Source: Phoronis australis
Taxonomy: Eukaryota > Animalia > Phoronida
Length of the DNA stretch: 64,000 nucleotides
NCBI GenBank assembly: GCA_002633005.1
Contig: NMRA01000680.1
Location: forward strand, 73,913 to 137,912
Reading direction: 5' to 3'
Part shown: positions 13,365 through 26,705 of the stretch, piece after piece
Layout: every line of letters begins with the position of its first letter
How positions within the stretch are numbered: position 1 is the first letter of the stretch
Program-made: the position numbers and the translations under genes
The notes under the pieces: model-generated
What the model saw: only the letters and a program-made list of their open reading frames with translations
The model's database searches: none
Told to the model about the DNA's origin: nothing

Positions 13365-14200
13365 TTATCAGGGAGCATTATGTCATCATCTGTCCGTCCA
13401 ACGACCACTGGCAGTGTGTCATCAAAATACCTTAATATAATTTAATCTAGAAGTTTTGCTGATGTGTTGATTTCATAGAGAGCACGGTACATGCAAATTT
13501 TCGGACAGGGCCGACTTAACTGGTGTGTCGCCTGGTGGCAATTTTATGTTTTTACACTTGCCTCTGTATCTTCAGAGTTGCTTAACGAATTTTCATGAAA
13601 TTTGGAAAGTGGGTATTTACAACAGAAGCCACGTTTTGAAATGGATTTGCGCCACCTAGTACCTAATTTTTACAGTTTTGGTAATGGTCTGATACAAGGT
13701 GCCCGAATATTGAGAAGCAAATTTTCGTCACTGAATAACGGGCATCAAACTGGCTCTCACATTACGGGCACGTTATATCAGACTGTTGTCGTTTTTTCAA
13801 TCTGTGTGTTTTTCTCTCTACCCTTCTTTAGGTTTAGACACTATAATGATGATTATGGAAATTGATGGGCATATTTGGACGAGGACAGCCGACGAGGATT
13901 TTGAGACCACTACGACTACAGTGGCTCCTCCCTGCGAGACTTTTGTTTTTTGCGTTGGACTCCGTGTGGCTCTATCTCCTAAACCATCTGCAGGGTCATT
14001 ATTAAATTTGGCAAGTGCATTTATTTGAAGGGGGCATTAGACGACGACGACGACTTTGAAACGGATCCGACTACGCCGAGTCCCTGTAGGGGCAATGTTA
14101 TTCTGTCCGTGTATTTTTAGAGCCCATGAATGCATTTTTATGAAATTTGACTTATATGTTTCTAGTTATGACGTGATGACAACGTATCGTTTTCAGATGC
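13365..14200 (-). mobile_element. Helentron-associated-like (HINE-type) element with ~150-bp internal tandem repeats, degenerate copy
   Basis: Reverse complement matches the 42110-42896 repeat units (ccaaatttcatgaaaa, gaagatacagaggcaa, gccaccagg, gccactgtagt). Confidence 0.6.
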
Positions 14201-14939
14201 ATTTGACGTAGTGTACACCTTCTAGTGAACATTGAATTACGCTTGACTAAGTTTTAATGACGTCCTTCTTTCTATCGGCCAAACCACACTAATCATCATA
14301 ATCAAAATTGGCAAATGTGTCCAAACTGGGTTGATGATTTTTGGACAGTTTTGATGTCTGTGGCAGAATAGTGGTATTTTTCTTTGTTTGCATCCCCAGG
14401 CAGCTGTTCCTCTCCTGCAAGATCTCTGTGAAACTTACACGTGTGTTTCTATGAATGTGACCACAGGTGACGCTGTTTGCATGGACTACCAATGTGCCAC
14501 CAGTTCCAACGTTAGTGTTTATGGTCTTGGCAGGAGTGTCTCTATTGAGAAGATCATTCATGATTTGCTATTCAGCCTTCACAGGCTTAAGCATACAACT
14601 TTGCTCCATACAGTGCATCTGCGCTATTTGCGATGCACACGGAGAGCTGCAGTGGTAAAATTAGAGTTAAGTAGGCGCCTAAAGCCCACCGTATCACCTT
14701 AAGCACTGGAATTTAAAAGCACATTGAATTTGCTAAACCTCACAAACATGTTGGGCTATTTTTTCTCACGAGTAGATGATTACTTCTAGTCTGCAGTGGC
14801 GAATCTATGATGTCGCAACCACACATATAGGAAGGCAAAAGTCCACCTGCATTCCAAGCGGTCTTTGAAGGGGGCCCAAACACAATTGTAAACGAAAATA
14901 AGCACATAACGCTCAAAAACGATATCCTGCCTGCGTTTT

Positions 14940-15040
14940 ATGTACCTGTCTGTCGACTATCCGATTCATTTCGCTGAATCCTCGTTCACATTCAGCTGTA
15001 CTGCAAGGAAGAGTCTTAATGCATAATGTAAAAAGATGGC
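14940..15040 (-). mobile_element. hAT transposase C-terminal dimerisation domain remnant
   Basis: Translation IKTLPCSTAECERGFSEMNRIV matches the hAT LPxSxAxCERxFSxMN motif. Confidence 0.8.
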
Positions 15041-16994
15041 CGGCTGCGCCTATGTGCGCCTTTGCCCCACTATAACGTAACTCAAGGTGCCTAAGCGCTA
15101 CGCTGAAATGCCAAAAGGTGTTTGGCTGCGCGTACGTGCGCCTTCGCCTCACTGCAGAACACGCATATCAACGTTCTGCGTACACTACTGAGGTGTTGTT
15201 GACAAGAGTTCATATTTTGGATTCTTTTTCATTCAAACTTGAATGACGAGACTATTGTAAAACTTACGGCAAAGCTGTATCATTACCATATACCACAAAC
15301 CTGTAACGGAACAAAGCACAATAAGCACTGTTTAAAGCTGCACTTTGATCGACAAAGCTGGCTAAAAATGCAACTCGAGTTTGACATATCCCCTCATTGA
15401 TTTTGTCTCTAAAATTTTCTTATTAGATAGAACTTGTTCTCTCTAACTAAAGAAGATACAAATGGATAAAAGACAGGGAGGTCCCGTCAATCTCATTGAG
15501 GGACTGACCCCCGCGAAATGCTGATTAGGCGGGTTGTAAATCCCATTAAAAGTACTTGCAGGTCAGTCCCACAACCATTAACATAACTACTGGTTGTCAC
15601 AGCTACATGGTTACTGAGCGACCTTTTGAACATTCACAAGGGTTGTGGGGTTGTGTCTTACCGGGTGAATCTCGACCGGAAGGCACTCGAAAAGCTGGTT
15701 TAATTACGCACGCCTCAGGAAATTGCCGTGATGCAATTCAAGCAACCGTGCGCAGGCCAATATGACACAATAGTAAGTGGTGTACCAAAGCTGTGATTGT
15801 GCGCTGAAGGCGCGAGTAACAATATTGCCTGAGAAGTCAGTATTCACGAGCAGTGTCTGGTGTGACTCACGGTCTCACTTCCGGCAAGTACATGTACATG
15901 TAAGTCACTAAGCGGAAAGTAGCGCCTCTTCTGGGAATTCCACATTGAAATGTCAAAGTTGCAAATGCGTTGTCTATAATCAGTGGTTCTACCACGGAAA
16001 TTTAAAAGCCTTCTCTGTCGGCATACCATTCTCCAATCAACATTTCACTCTTCAACGGAAATGAAACCGGTCGTTAAGCATCCTACGTGTATCATTTAGC
16101 GTTTCTTTGCTTGATTATTTAAAAAGAGCTCCCCAGGGTAAGGTACGCACGCCACCTCACATAATTTGAAGTGCGTACTGCTCCGTGTCACCGTAGGTGG
16201 ACGCCGAAGAGTTTCCCCAGACTTTGTAGATACAATTGCAATACGAAGCTCATCCCGATTTCCGTAAGACTTTATCATGTAAATTTCTTAGAAGATTCGA
16301 CTTGTTACAATTCACTCTTCCATTTTCCGCATTCTTGCCAGCAGCGTGGTCGTATACACTGTACTCTAGTGTTCACTTAGGTCATTGTGTGGCATTTGGG
16401 TCATTGCATGGCGTCATTGGGTCAAAAGAGTAGAAAATGGCAGACAATTTGATTCAAGGCAGTTAGCGAAAAGTAAAGAGAGTCGAAATGTGACAGGTGA
16501 ACACCCTACGGTTTCTCAAACATGCCAGTGGAATTCATATTGGTTCGTACTGGCACAGTATTTTTCTCCCATTATTTTGTTTTATATCCATTTCACAAAC
16601 TTGAGAAAAACATTTTGATGTCCCTTTAGCTTTGTTTCAGGAGGATCTTAGCCAATACTCAGCTCGGCAGTAAACAGTTTAAGAATTGGTTTACTGACTA
16701 TGAGGATCTATGAGATTCTGAGAGAATAGTGACGCCAGAAAGATATCCGCAAAATATAACTACTTTCCAGCAGTAGGTCAAGCATGGTGTACATCGGTAT
16801 TCAAGAAGTCCACCATTTGGAATAGAAACTATGCAATGGAAATTCGGAAAATACCGGGTCGCCGTGCGGGGCACCATACTTCTTGGGAGGGCCATATTTT
16901 AAATAATTACATCTTCATGGAAACAACGTAGAAAATATATCTGAAACTAAATAAGGCGATCCAGATCCTCCCAAGGATACTATTGTTTCGTGAA

Positions 16995-17169
16995 ATGAAG
17001 AATATAAATCGGTAAATAAAACAACAAGAATGGATCAACTGAAATTTGAAATTTTCGGAGGTAACAACTTCCTTTATCAACAATAAAAAAAGGAAGTTGT
17101 TACCTCCGAAAATTTCAAATTTCAGTTGATCCATTCTTGTTGTTTTATTTACCGATTTATATTCTTCAT
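16995..17169. repeat. Perfect 81-bp inverted repeat with 13-nt spacer
   Basis: 16995-17075 (atgaagaat...caacttccttt) is the exact reverse complement of 17089-17169. Confidence 0.95.
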
Positions 17170-17899
17170 GGAAACAGAAATGTTAATTCTTTCCTCTTTA
17201 ACCAGCGACTGACAATTTTCAAGAGATTTTGACCAGGTAATATATTGCCCCAAAGCGAAGTGACTGCATAGTTTGCGAATAGACCGCTAGGTGAAAATGA
17301 AAATGGCGGAATAAAAAGCGAACAGCACGACAAAGATTATCCGAGTGAAAAAGAAGTTTTGATTACCATGCACTGAGCTATTCCCGTTGTATTATTTCTG
17401 AATACAAATCCTTTCACCCGATCGTTATTTTTAGGGAAGTTAATGCTACAATTTTAATGTACAGTCCTCCAACCCTGTTCGCAATATTCGGCTATTAGCT
17501 TAGTCATATGAGATCATAACTAAGGAGGTGAACCACACATGTTTATTCCACGGGGTAGATTCTGATTATTCCACGAAACATATTGAACTGCCATATGGGG
17601 GTAAGCGCCCTGTTTACAGAACGAGAAAGTGTTCATGTCCAATTTAAAATTAAACAAATGTTTACACACTTACATATGGCAACCTTCTCCACGTATTTGA
17701 TCATAATTTCCATGATACTAAAAGATCACGAACGTATACGCTCGTGGCATTTGACAGACCATGTAACTTCAGCAAATATTTAACATTCATTTCTGCTCTG
17801 ACTGCACGTGAAAAGTACGTAATTTCGCGCAAGCCGAAAGCTTATGTACATAGATTATTACATGGCGAAGTCGTTATCCCACGTTATCTAGAGCCCGAG

Positions 17900-18746
17900 T
17901 GGATTTTGGAGAATTATCGCCCGAGGGGCGTTAGCCCGGAGGGTGATAATTCTACAAAATCCAGCTAGCTGTATGAAGACTGTCACCAAAAGACAGCTAG
18001 GTACCACTGTTTGTATTTCTTCCGTAAACCCCGAAATTGCACGCAGCCAGGGTAGTTCTGCTCGTCAGCGCGCCGTAAAACTTGTATCAAAATGTAAAGC
18101 TAAAGACCGGACGGGGTGCATGCAAAATCTGGAAATCAACCGACACTCACCTTGCCCATTACAGCCGTTTAAGTGAAAACAATGCAATAAACGTCATTTT
18201 CTTGCGTAAGTCTCCGCCTTTTCTAACAATGAAAAGTATGTCGTCGTTTTGAAAACAATACGCTCGTGTCACGCGCACGCGCTTTTTCCTAAATTTTCGC
18301 AACAACTTCGGAGAAGCAAAATTTGTTCTGAAATTCGGTTTTTCGGTATCGAAACTCTAAAAACTTGTAATGAAGTGAAACCAGTTCCAATAATTTGTTG
18401 TGACGTGTATGCAAGCTCGTGAAAGAACAGCAGTTGATTGAAGAATCGGCCGGGCGAAAAAAGAAGCTGGCCAATAGGTGACGCAATATTTCATGGCGCC
18501 GAAAGCCGTCGCTAAAGATCGCTGCACAACTTTAGCAGCAGAATAAAGGTAGAACGCCATTTTTTCAACACTGTTAAATAATTTTGTTTATTGTAGGAAG
18601 ACTGTAGTTTTTATCGACACTAATTTTGTGTCAGATTTTATCTTACCACTTTTTTACCCACATCGGTGCAAAGCTGTATATTTATATACAGCTTTGTACC
18701 AAGGCTAAGTGGTACCTAGCTGTATTTTGACCATAGTCTTCATACA
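17900..18746. mobile_element. Non-autonomous element with ~39-bp inverted repeats and internal/adjacent palindromes (Crypton-like or MITE)
   Basis: 17970-18008 tgtatgaagact...cagctaggtaccact is inverted at 18708-18746; hairpin 17900-17963; palindrome caaagctgtata-tt-tatacagctttg near 18669-18696. Confidence 0.55.
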
Positions 18747-18986
18747 CTTACCTGGCTGGTTACACTCAGTGTTGATCTTCCATAAAACAAAATTTGTTCT
18801 GAAATTCAGTTTTTCGGTATCGAAATTCTGAAAACTTGTAATGAAGTGAAACCAGTTCCAATAATTTGTTGTGACGTGTACGCAAGCTCGAGAAAGAACA
18901 ACAGTTGATTGAAAAATCGGCGAAAAAATAAACTGGCCAATAGGTGACGCAATATTTCATGGCGCCGAAAGCCGTCGCTCAAGATC
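18317..18986. repeat. ~200-bp direct duplication (18317-18520 and 18788-18986)
   Basis: caaaatttgttctgaaattc...ggcgccgaaagccgtcgct.aagatc present twice with scattered differences. Confidence 0.9.
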
Positions 18987-21072
18987 ACGCCACTTCAAAG
19001 TTATGCTCTGCATAGAACTTGATTTGACTCCCACAAATCCATAGTATTAGTTGATTCAAAAGTTTTCTTTTATTTATGCCGAGTTGTTTGATCTGTGCAT
19101 TGCTTTTCGGCAGCCAATTTATAATGGCTCCTATGGTCGTCATATGCTGCCGCCTTTTGAAAGAACAGAAAACCACACAGAAAAAGGCCAAGAAAATGAG
19201 TGGAAAGTGGTTTACAGCAATTCTACTACAACCAAAAACTGTTTTACTAGTATGATATCGACTTTTAAATCGATTAAAATTGATTTAGAATTTCAGTCCT
19301 GGAAAATAAATCGCAATTGCTTTATTCCAGATAGATCTTACTTATTTTCTATTTGTGCCCTCTTTATTTAACTTTTTGCTCTTGTTGTTCTTAACACCAC
19401 TTATCTCTACTGTCTTTCTTTTTCTTTTCAGTTTTTCTTCATTCTCTGTTAACACCTTGTCAGCCAAAACAGAACTGTAACCCTTTGGGACTTTGTCCGT
19501 GCAAGTTGATCATTGAACCTCGATACAATTGTTCTAATAAATTACCCAATATCGTATTGTTTGATTTTTTCTCACCTTTAACAGGCTTCTGCAATCATAA
19601 ATAAATAAATAAATACCCAAGTTGTATTTGCATTTTATTGCTCAATCTCTTCTTTTATTTTTGATTATGTCATGCTGTGTTGTATGTAACAATGCAATAT
19701 AGTGAAATAAAGTCAATGTTTTACTTTATTGGTGGCCATTCTCTATCAATTCAAGTATTTTAATTTTCTTCAAATAAATNACATTTTGTTTGTAAACATT
19801 TACTCAAAGCATGATCCTATGCACATGGCACCGAATGGGGGGAAGGTCGGGAGGGGGATTACTTTTGAAATTACGTTAGAAAACACACTAAAATTCGCAA
19901 AAAAAAATTACCCCTCCTGGTGAAGACTTCCTGGTAGAAGTCATTCGTAGCTAAACATTTGATACAGTCTGGTGGCGTTTTTCCATATTGGATTGAGAAA
20001 CTCTTATATCGTGTAAACGTGTCAATGATTTATACACAGGAGATCTTTCAAAGTGAGAAGTCAGCGAAAGTGAGATCTGAGTTTCATAAAACTTTGAAAC
20101 TAGCCTGCTGTTTAAGTTTTGATTGGTGCATGTCAAATGAAAAGTGGATGTTAATGAAACGTGCCTGTTTCTATGCAACGTATTACTCGTTTACGCAACC
20201 AACAAGGGACAACTGTTTTGGCGCATATTAACGAGCTTCCATATATAGGCTAATATAAGAAGGATCTCAACAACAGTACCAAAATGTACACATTTGTCTT
20301 TTCTCTGGTAAAGACAAGTTTTGAATAAGAAATACCTGTCCATATACGTGTGCGTGTGTGGGTGGGGTGTGTGTTCGTATGTGTATATATATGTTCACGT
20401 ACATAAATACTGATTTCCTAAAAATATTTAATTGCTGTAAAATGCAAAATCCCTGAAGACATTAACAATGGACACAAAGCAACACTGTGTCAACTGGCCG
20501 CAGTACAGTAGATAGTCATCACATAAGCCCTCCATACGTCTTAAGCTATGATTAAACCACGGAAGTCATGTCGCTATAAATTTTCCTAAACAACATTCAA
20601 GAATGAATGGACTCACCAGAGACAGCCCAAGAGTTATTATGTCTGCAGCGATGGATGTTACAGACGTGTCTCCGATGAGTTGCCAACAGTCACTGTTACG
20701 GTGCGCGGCTTTAGACGCTCTGAGGCTGGGTTTAAGATCTTTTATAGGCCCAATTCCCGTACCAGGTTGAATTTCAAAACTATGTTGCACATAAAGGGAC
20801 ACCTTAGGCGGTCGTTGATGTCTTTAACTCCTCCCATCTCAACAAATACTGCTGGAATCAAACATTTTTGGAAAAGTTCTTGGTTCAGTTGTCCAAATCG
20901 GCAACTGGCCATATTAACACTGTTATGACGTCCGCTTATCACCAAAACTTCCCTCCAAGTCTTGAGGGTACTTGTTGATTCCACCCACCAACTGATACCG
21001 AAGAGAACTGCCTCTCCTGAGCGCAAGGTATGTTGCGGGACAATAAGGTGTATCTTGTCGCGACTTGAGCAC

Positions 21073-21249
21073 TCAGTCTTTCCTAAAATGTGACTGGACT
21101 CCATTTAATGCACAGATATAGCACCACACTGTATCTACACCTTCCCCAATTGTCTGTGACTCTTTCCAATTTTCTAGTGGAAACCTACAGGCAATCACTT
21201 GACTACCATTGCCAAGTTCATCTTCAAATTTCTTTTGAAGTGGATCCAT
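21073..21249 (-). CDS. ATPSCKMT: ATP synthase c-subunit lysine N-methyltransferase (FAM173B-like), exon 5 (terminal)
   Basis: ttgtttttcag|MDPLQKKFEDELGNGSQVIACRFPLENWKESQTIGEGVDTVWCY...HFRKD*; matches the FAM173 VIACRFP...GEGxDTVW motif; phase 0. Confidence 0.9.
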   Translation of the reverse strand: MDPLQKKFEDELGNGSQVIACRFPLENWKESQTIGEGVDTVWCYICALNGVQSHFRKD

Positions 21250-23248
21250 CTGAAAAACAATTCAACCTGCAATAAATCACTGCTGTCAGGAATCATCTTC
21301 AACTACAGAGAAAACCATCTTTGTAAGAAAAGCATTGCTTCTGGTAGCCAACAGCAGTCCAAACGTTTTTTTAAACAAAACGTGCATTGAAGTGTGACAT
21401 AGATGGAGTTACGTGTAGGACAACATATACAGTTACCCGGTAGTAGTTTTTTCAATTAAACTACAAGTAGACCCTAGGCAGAGTTGAAATTCAAAAAAGT
21501 TTGGACAAACAAAATCTGAACTAAACATCCATTTCTGGCTAAAACACATTTCGATTCAAGCAACTTATGATGTGACTCCATTCACATTGATACAATAGCA
21601 ACAGTTTGCCACGCAAATCAATTTACAAACAATTTTAAAGTGGCTTGGTACTATAACGTCAGACTTAACTCTTTAACTAACGTTTGACAAGTCCAATCTT
21701 TACGAAAATGCAATGGTGATGTCTTCTTAATATATACCAATTTGCCACATATCATCTCAGATAGAGAAAAACACAGAAAATTATTAAAGTTGCCACTAAG
21801 GGAACAGCAGTCATTGCATCTGTCATCATCGTGTGTTGCCATGTTCATAATTTTGCCAAATTTAACAAAGATCCTGAATGGGGTTTAAGAGATACATCCA
21901 TGGATGCAAAACGCCACTACGTAACAGAATTGTCGAGCAACCTTTAACTAACATCAGCTCTGCTCACTGCCATAGGAACAAATCTGCTAATTTTGAAGAT
22001 TCTGTGAGTGGCTGGCAGACTGGGAGATGGACGCCAAAAACAGACTCAAAAATAGTCAACATGGTCACTAAGTAACGAAGAATACATTGACTCCATCCAC
22101 AAATGGGGAAGCCATCATCAGCTCTTTAATACATGTAGATACTTACTTACCAAGTTTTATGTACATGTAAATGAGTCACGCACCTCTGAAGATATCGAGG
22201 TAAACTTAAAATTACCACTAGGGGCCACGGCAGTACTGAGTGGTCATCTTTTGTGACGTTCACAGAAATACATTTGTCACATTTCACGACAAGGATGGAA
22301 GGGATTTAGGAGATACACCCATCAATTGCAGACCAACAGACAGATGTCGGACACAAATGACAGCAATATGAGACCACATAGGTGAGTGGGCGCATAATAA
22401 GGGGTGGCGTTGGGGGCACAGGAGGGAAGAGTTAAACTCAATGCATGTGATGCTGCACGTCTTCAACGAAAAAGGGCATTAAACTTTGATGTAAAACAGT
22501 CATACAGATTGACGCATGTGCACACCCAGGGTGGCTCATTTGGCGAATTGGGCTAAAAGATCTGTCTCAGAGAAACAAAACTCCGAAAAAAGTAGAAAAC
22601 GAGATAAAAGTCCACTAAAAAGCATGAACTACCAAAACTCGGCCAACGCACTATTCATAGCTCTGAATGTACCCTGTGAATCTTATTAAAAGGTTCACAT
22701 TCTCAAAAATCTGAGCCCCCATCCTTTAGGTTGGGTGCACGCATCTGTTCAGTGTTGGAAAAACTTAACACAATTATAGAACAAGTCAAGTTACACGTCA
22801 AGAACTGATTTGAAATAAATAACGGAAATAAAAATTAACATCTGGAATAATTTAGGAACAGACTATCCTAGTAAGAACAGATGCTAACATTTTTGAAACC
22901 CTTAATCCATATGCCTGCCAAATTTCAGAACATAATTCAAACTTTAAAAAAATGTGAAGCTATCCACCAATGAGGCACAGTCTACGTGCTCAGTTTATGT
23001 GAATTTGATAAAAATTCATTTTGCAAAAAAGCAAACAAAAACAGATTTTTTGCATATTTTTTCCAAGTGATAAACGTTGGCCATAACAAAGTAATCTTAG
23101 AACCAATTTTTGTCAAAACAAAGGCCTCAAAGCTCAAGCTAAGGGATGTACCCGTGATCATGTTAAATTGAGTTATGAGGCCAGAATGAAACTAAGAAAA
23201 ATGTAAACACAAAAAATCTAATAACAGACAGTGATAAAAGGTACGTAC

Positions 23249-23299
23249 CATCTGCTGGACGCCAAAGATTACGACTGTGTTATATGGAGACAAATTGAA
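23249..23299 (-). CDS. ATPSCKMT: ATPSCKMT/FAM173B-like exon 4
   Basis: tttcag|FNLSPYNTVVIFGVQQM|gtacgt; 51 nt, phase 0/0; FAM173 VVIFGV motif. Confidence 0.88.
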
Positions 23300-24364
23300 C
23301 TGAAACATATTAAATAAGTCATATGTTACATTGTATGAGAATTATTCAGAAGGTACTTAAACTTAAAAAAACAAAAAGCCAACCTAGATATAACTTCAGT
23401 GAGCGCGAGTGGGTGTTGTGACATAGAATGTGTAACAAGATGTCTTGGAAAGAACATCTAAAATTATGTCAATCATAACCCATGCACCATGGTAAAGTGC
23501 CTTAATGAAAGAGAACTGAGGTTGGTGAACTGAATAACTTTTTGAGGTTGAATGTGGCACATCACTTCATACCGAAGGCTAAAACTGTCAACTTGCCATA
23601 AAGCAGTGTATAAAATTATGAACACCATGCCTTACCAAAAAATGTCAAAACTGTCACTGCCCTCAATGCCTCAATTTTCGGGCAGAATAATGGCCTCATT
23701 TGCTTCTGAGACTAGTTTAAAATGAAACTTAGTTCCCTTCCAATGATTATAAAATCTCCCTTCAGGTTTGAATTTCTTTCAACAGACACGAGTCATGTAT
23801 TTCAACTGTTAAAAGATCAAAACATTAAACTAGTATGTATATTGTTAGATAACTCCAGGTTAGCCCCAGTGGTAATAGACCAAATGAGTGTAAAAATACA
23901 TTGAATTCCAAAATCGAACTTTACAGTTTGTCTGCAGAGCCAAAGGTTTGCACTGTGCTTCATCGCTACCATGAACACCAACACTACTGCCCATTCTACG
24001 AGATTAGCAGTCACTAGCATGGCATATTAAAAACATTCAAAACTGGAATATTGGCAACGAATGTATTTTAACAAACAACACGATATCCAGTTAAATTATC
24101 CGTATGCATGCCCACTTTCTTAGAAAATTCCTTCCGTGAACCAAATCTCATTACAGGAGTATCCGTACTACACAATTACTTGATATTGTAAATTGATGCG
24201 CAATTTGCAGCACTCCTCCTCGCTCAGTGCACAATGGCTCTGCATCTGCGGTCGGGTGATGTCATACATTGCAATAGGCTGTTGATCAAGGGTTGCACAG
24301 TAGAGAAATTGCTAAGTGCGCAGAGCACTTAAAACTGGTTTGGGACGCCTGAGAAAAAACCAAC

Positions 24365-24502
24365 CTTCCACAAGTCTTTTTGATAAAACTTTGCTTGTCC
24401 ATGTAGCCCAGCGCGCCAGGCTCTCCAGCGAGAGTAAAGCACAAGCCAAGGGTTTAGCTCAACACCATGAGCGATGAAACCCTGCTTTGCTGCTTCTATC
24501 AC
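24365..24502 (-). CDS. ATPSCKMT: ATPSCKMT/FAM173B-like exon 3
   Basis: ttgtag|[46 protein letters not shown]|gttggt; 138 nt; GxELNPWLV and DLWK motifs. Confidence 0.9.
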
Positions 24503-25601
24503 CTACAACAAGAATTGGTGAACACCATGAGCTAATTAGAGACGAGTCATACAACTTCATACTGAGGCTTTTGTTTAGGTCATAAAATAGCTCCATCAAG
24601 CAACTGAATAGTGATGGTGAATAATAAAATAACTACATACATCTGTAATTAAACCTTAGTCACAACATGACTCACGTAATCTGTATGTCCATCACACTCA
24701 CAAATTAAAATACAAATATCAAGCTTATAAAATATGGTTAGCTTTATTTCTACATTACAGACTTGCAGAAAATGAAAAACTGTCTTACACATAAGAATCT
24801 AAAATGATAAAACGTTAATTAGAAAGTTATAAAATCATTATATTATCTTCGGCGACAGCAATACAGCTGCCCTCTCAAGGCCTACTTATCAGGTTTTCTT
24901 GTGTGAAATACAGCTATCACCACATTAGCAATAAATGACTGGCTAAAATAAATTAATATACCGTGAACTAAAATTGATGATTTGTAATACTTCTAGGGTT
25001 CTGAACATGAATTCGGGGAAAACATTTAAATCCGGATCATTTTTGCTCAACAAAATAAGGTAAAAACAATAAACAAAGGTGTGTCAGGCTTTGGATCTCT
25101 GGAACCTGTTGACGAATGGATTAAATTGCTATCTGGATTTAGCCTCGATTTAGAAATGGCTGTGATCTGGAGTTTAACCAATGTGGATGATTTCTGTAAT
25201 GAATAAGTACAACAATGTATTTTGAACTGCGAGCAAGAAATAGGTAGCCAAATTAGGTCAATACTTGACCTCGAAGTATGGTCTCATTTTTACCAAACAC
25301 ACTTAAAAGAGCAAACACAAAAATTGAGAATCAAACAATACTTTAAAAATCTATGCACTGCTACTAGTATTTAGGAAAAGCTGAAGTCAAATTTAATCCA
25401 AAATAAATCAAGTGGTAAATCTTCCCATTGAAACAATCACTGACTTACTATAATACATTATTTATAAAATCAAAATAAAAAGGTTCCACCTAAAATAATG
25501 AACCTGTTAAAATGATGGTTTTAAAAGATGGAGCTACATGAAAGTTTATCCCATCAATAAACTGACCTACTGTATCCCTCCGAGTGTGAAGGTTTACTTA
25601 C

Positions 25602-25869
25602 AATGCGACCATCACCACTGCCAATGTCAAGCAGCCTTCCTCGAGGCAATGGATTCAACAGCTTCATCACATTCTTGACTTGTTGATCTGTGGCTGGCAC
25701 AAATGGTAGACAAATCTTGCGTAGTGCAGGTATGACAAATGGTGCCGCAACTGCATAGACCGTGGTAAAAACAGCTCCACACACACCTAAAATCACAGCC
25801 CCAGTTGTAGTCAGCCTGCGATGGTGGTTACTAGGCTGACAATGGATGCAATCTTCTTCCACCATATTA
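25602..25869 (-). CDS. ATPSCKMT: ATPSCKMT/FAM173B-like exon 2 (transmembrane segment and SAM-binding motif I)
   Basis: Hydrophobic segment followed by PALRKICLPFVPAT and LLDIGSGDGRI|gtaagt; acceptor ctgttgtag at 25870. Confidence 0.92.
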
Positions 25870-26344
25870 CTACAACAGAATTATCTCAGTAGCATGAGAT
25901 TACATGAAGAATGAATAGATCTCACTACAAAGGTTTCTGAAACTTTATGGAATGCTTTTTATAAAGCCACAATAAACATGTGTTCAAGTGTTAAAAGTAC
26001 CAATTTTCTTTACAAGCATATTTTCTCATCCAAAGTCACACGGTTGTTTTAATTTTTTTTTATTTGCCCAGTTTAGGTGAGCAGGAACAGGTCTAGGACT
26101 CCCTTGTCTTATTTTACAATCAGTTCGTAGAATTCAACTAAAATAAAATATACTTACAAAATGGGTTTTAACAAAAAAATGAATCTAGAATCATTTGTAC
26201 TACATACATAAATTTTGGAGAAGACAGGGAACAGTAATTTACAAAATGTAATTTTACATTGATATTAAATCTGTCATTGTTTAACATCGAACTTGACCAG
26301 TTCTAAATTTTTTTTCAGAACAGTAATATAGGGGCAATTGCGTT

Positions 26345-26705
26345 TGTGACGGACGTACAATCAAATAACATTTTGATCAATTGTGAAAAAATGTTCATCC
26401 TAGGAAAATAATTAATACATCAATTGATAGGTCTCACTGATAGCTTTCAAAGCATGTGTCAACTTTTCCCCTATCTTTTAATGTGACTGAGAAAATTGCC
26501 CCTAAAGGGGTGTGACGGACGTACGCAGCGAATTTGAATTTTTTTTTAAATTGTTTAACGTTAGTTTTCTGTGAGTTGCATTAAGTATCAATGATTTAGT
26601 AGAATGTTTGCAAAGTACAAAACACTAATTTCTTGATGATATCTTCAGACAAATTTTTGTCAGACAGCTCAATATAAGTTGAGTTAGTGTGACGGACGGA
26701 CATGA
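26345..26705. repeat. Repeat fragment with three GTGACGGACG motifs about 170 bp apart (probable DNA transposon subterminal repeats)
   Basis: tgtgacggacg at ~26345, ~26511 and ~26688; ggggcaatt (26331) and aattgcccc (26494) are inverted. Confidence 0.5.

Noticed and set aside
13786-14100. Mucin-like ORF (DEDFETTTTTVAPP)
   Set aside because: It is the reverse complement of the Helentron-like tandem repeat unit
20925-21075. Open frame of ~49 codons after the ATPSCKMT TGA (selenocysteine or readthrough?)
   Set aside because: The protein is already complete relative to FAM173 homologues; no convincing SECIS or readthrough context was seen; an open stretch of this length is expected by chance
20566-21104. 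120-aa and 78-aa ORFs in the ATPSCKMT 3' region
   Set aside because: No recognisable motif or clear splice context; likely 3' UTR
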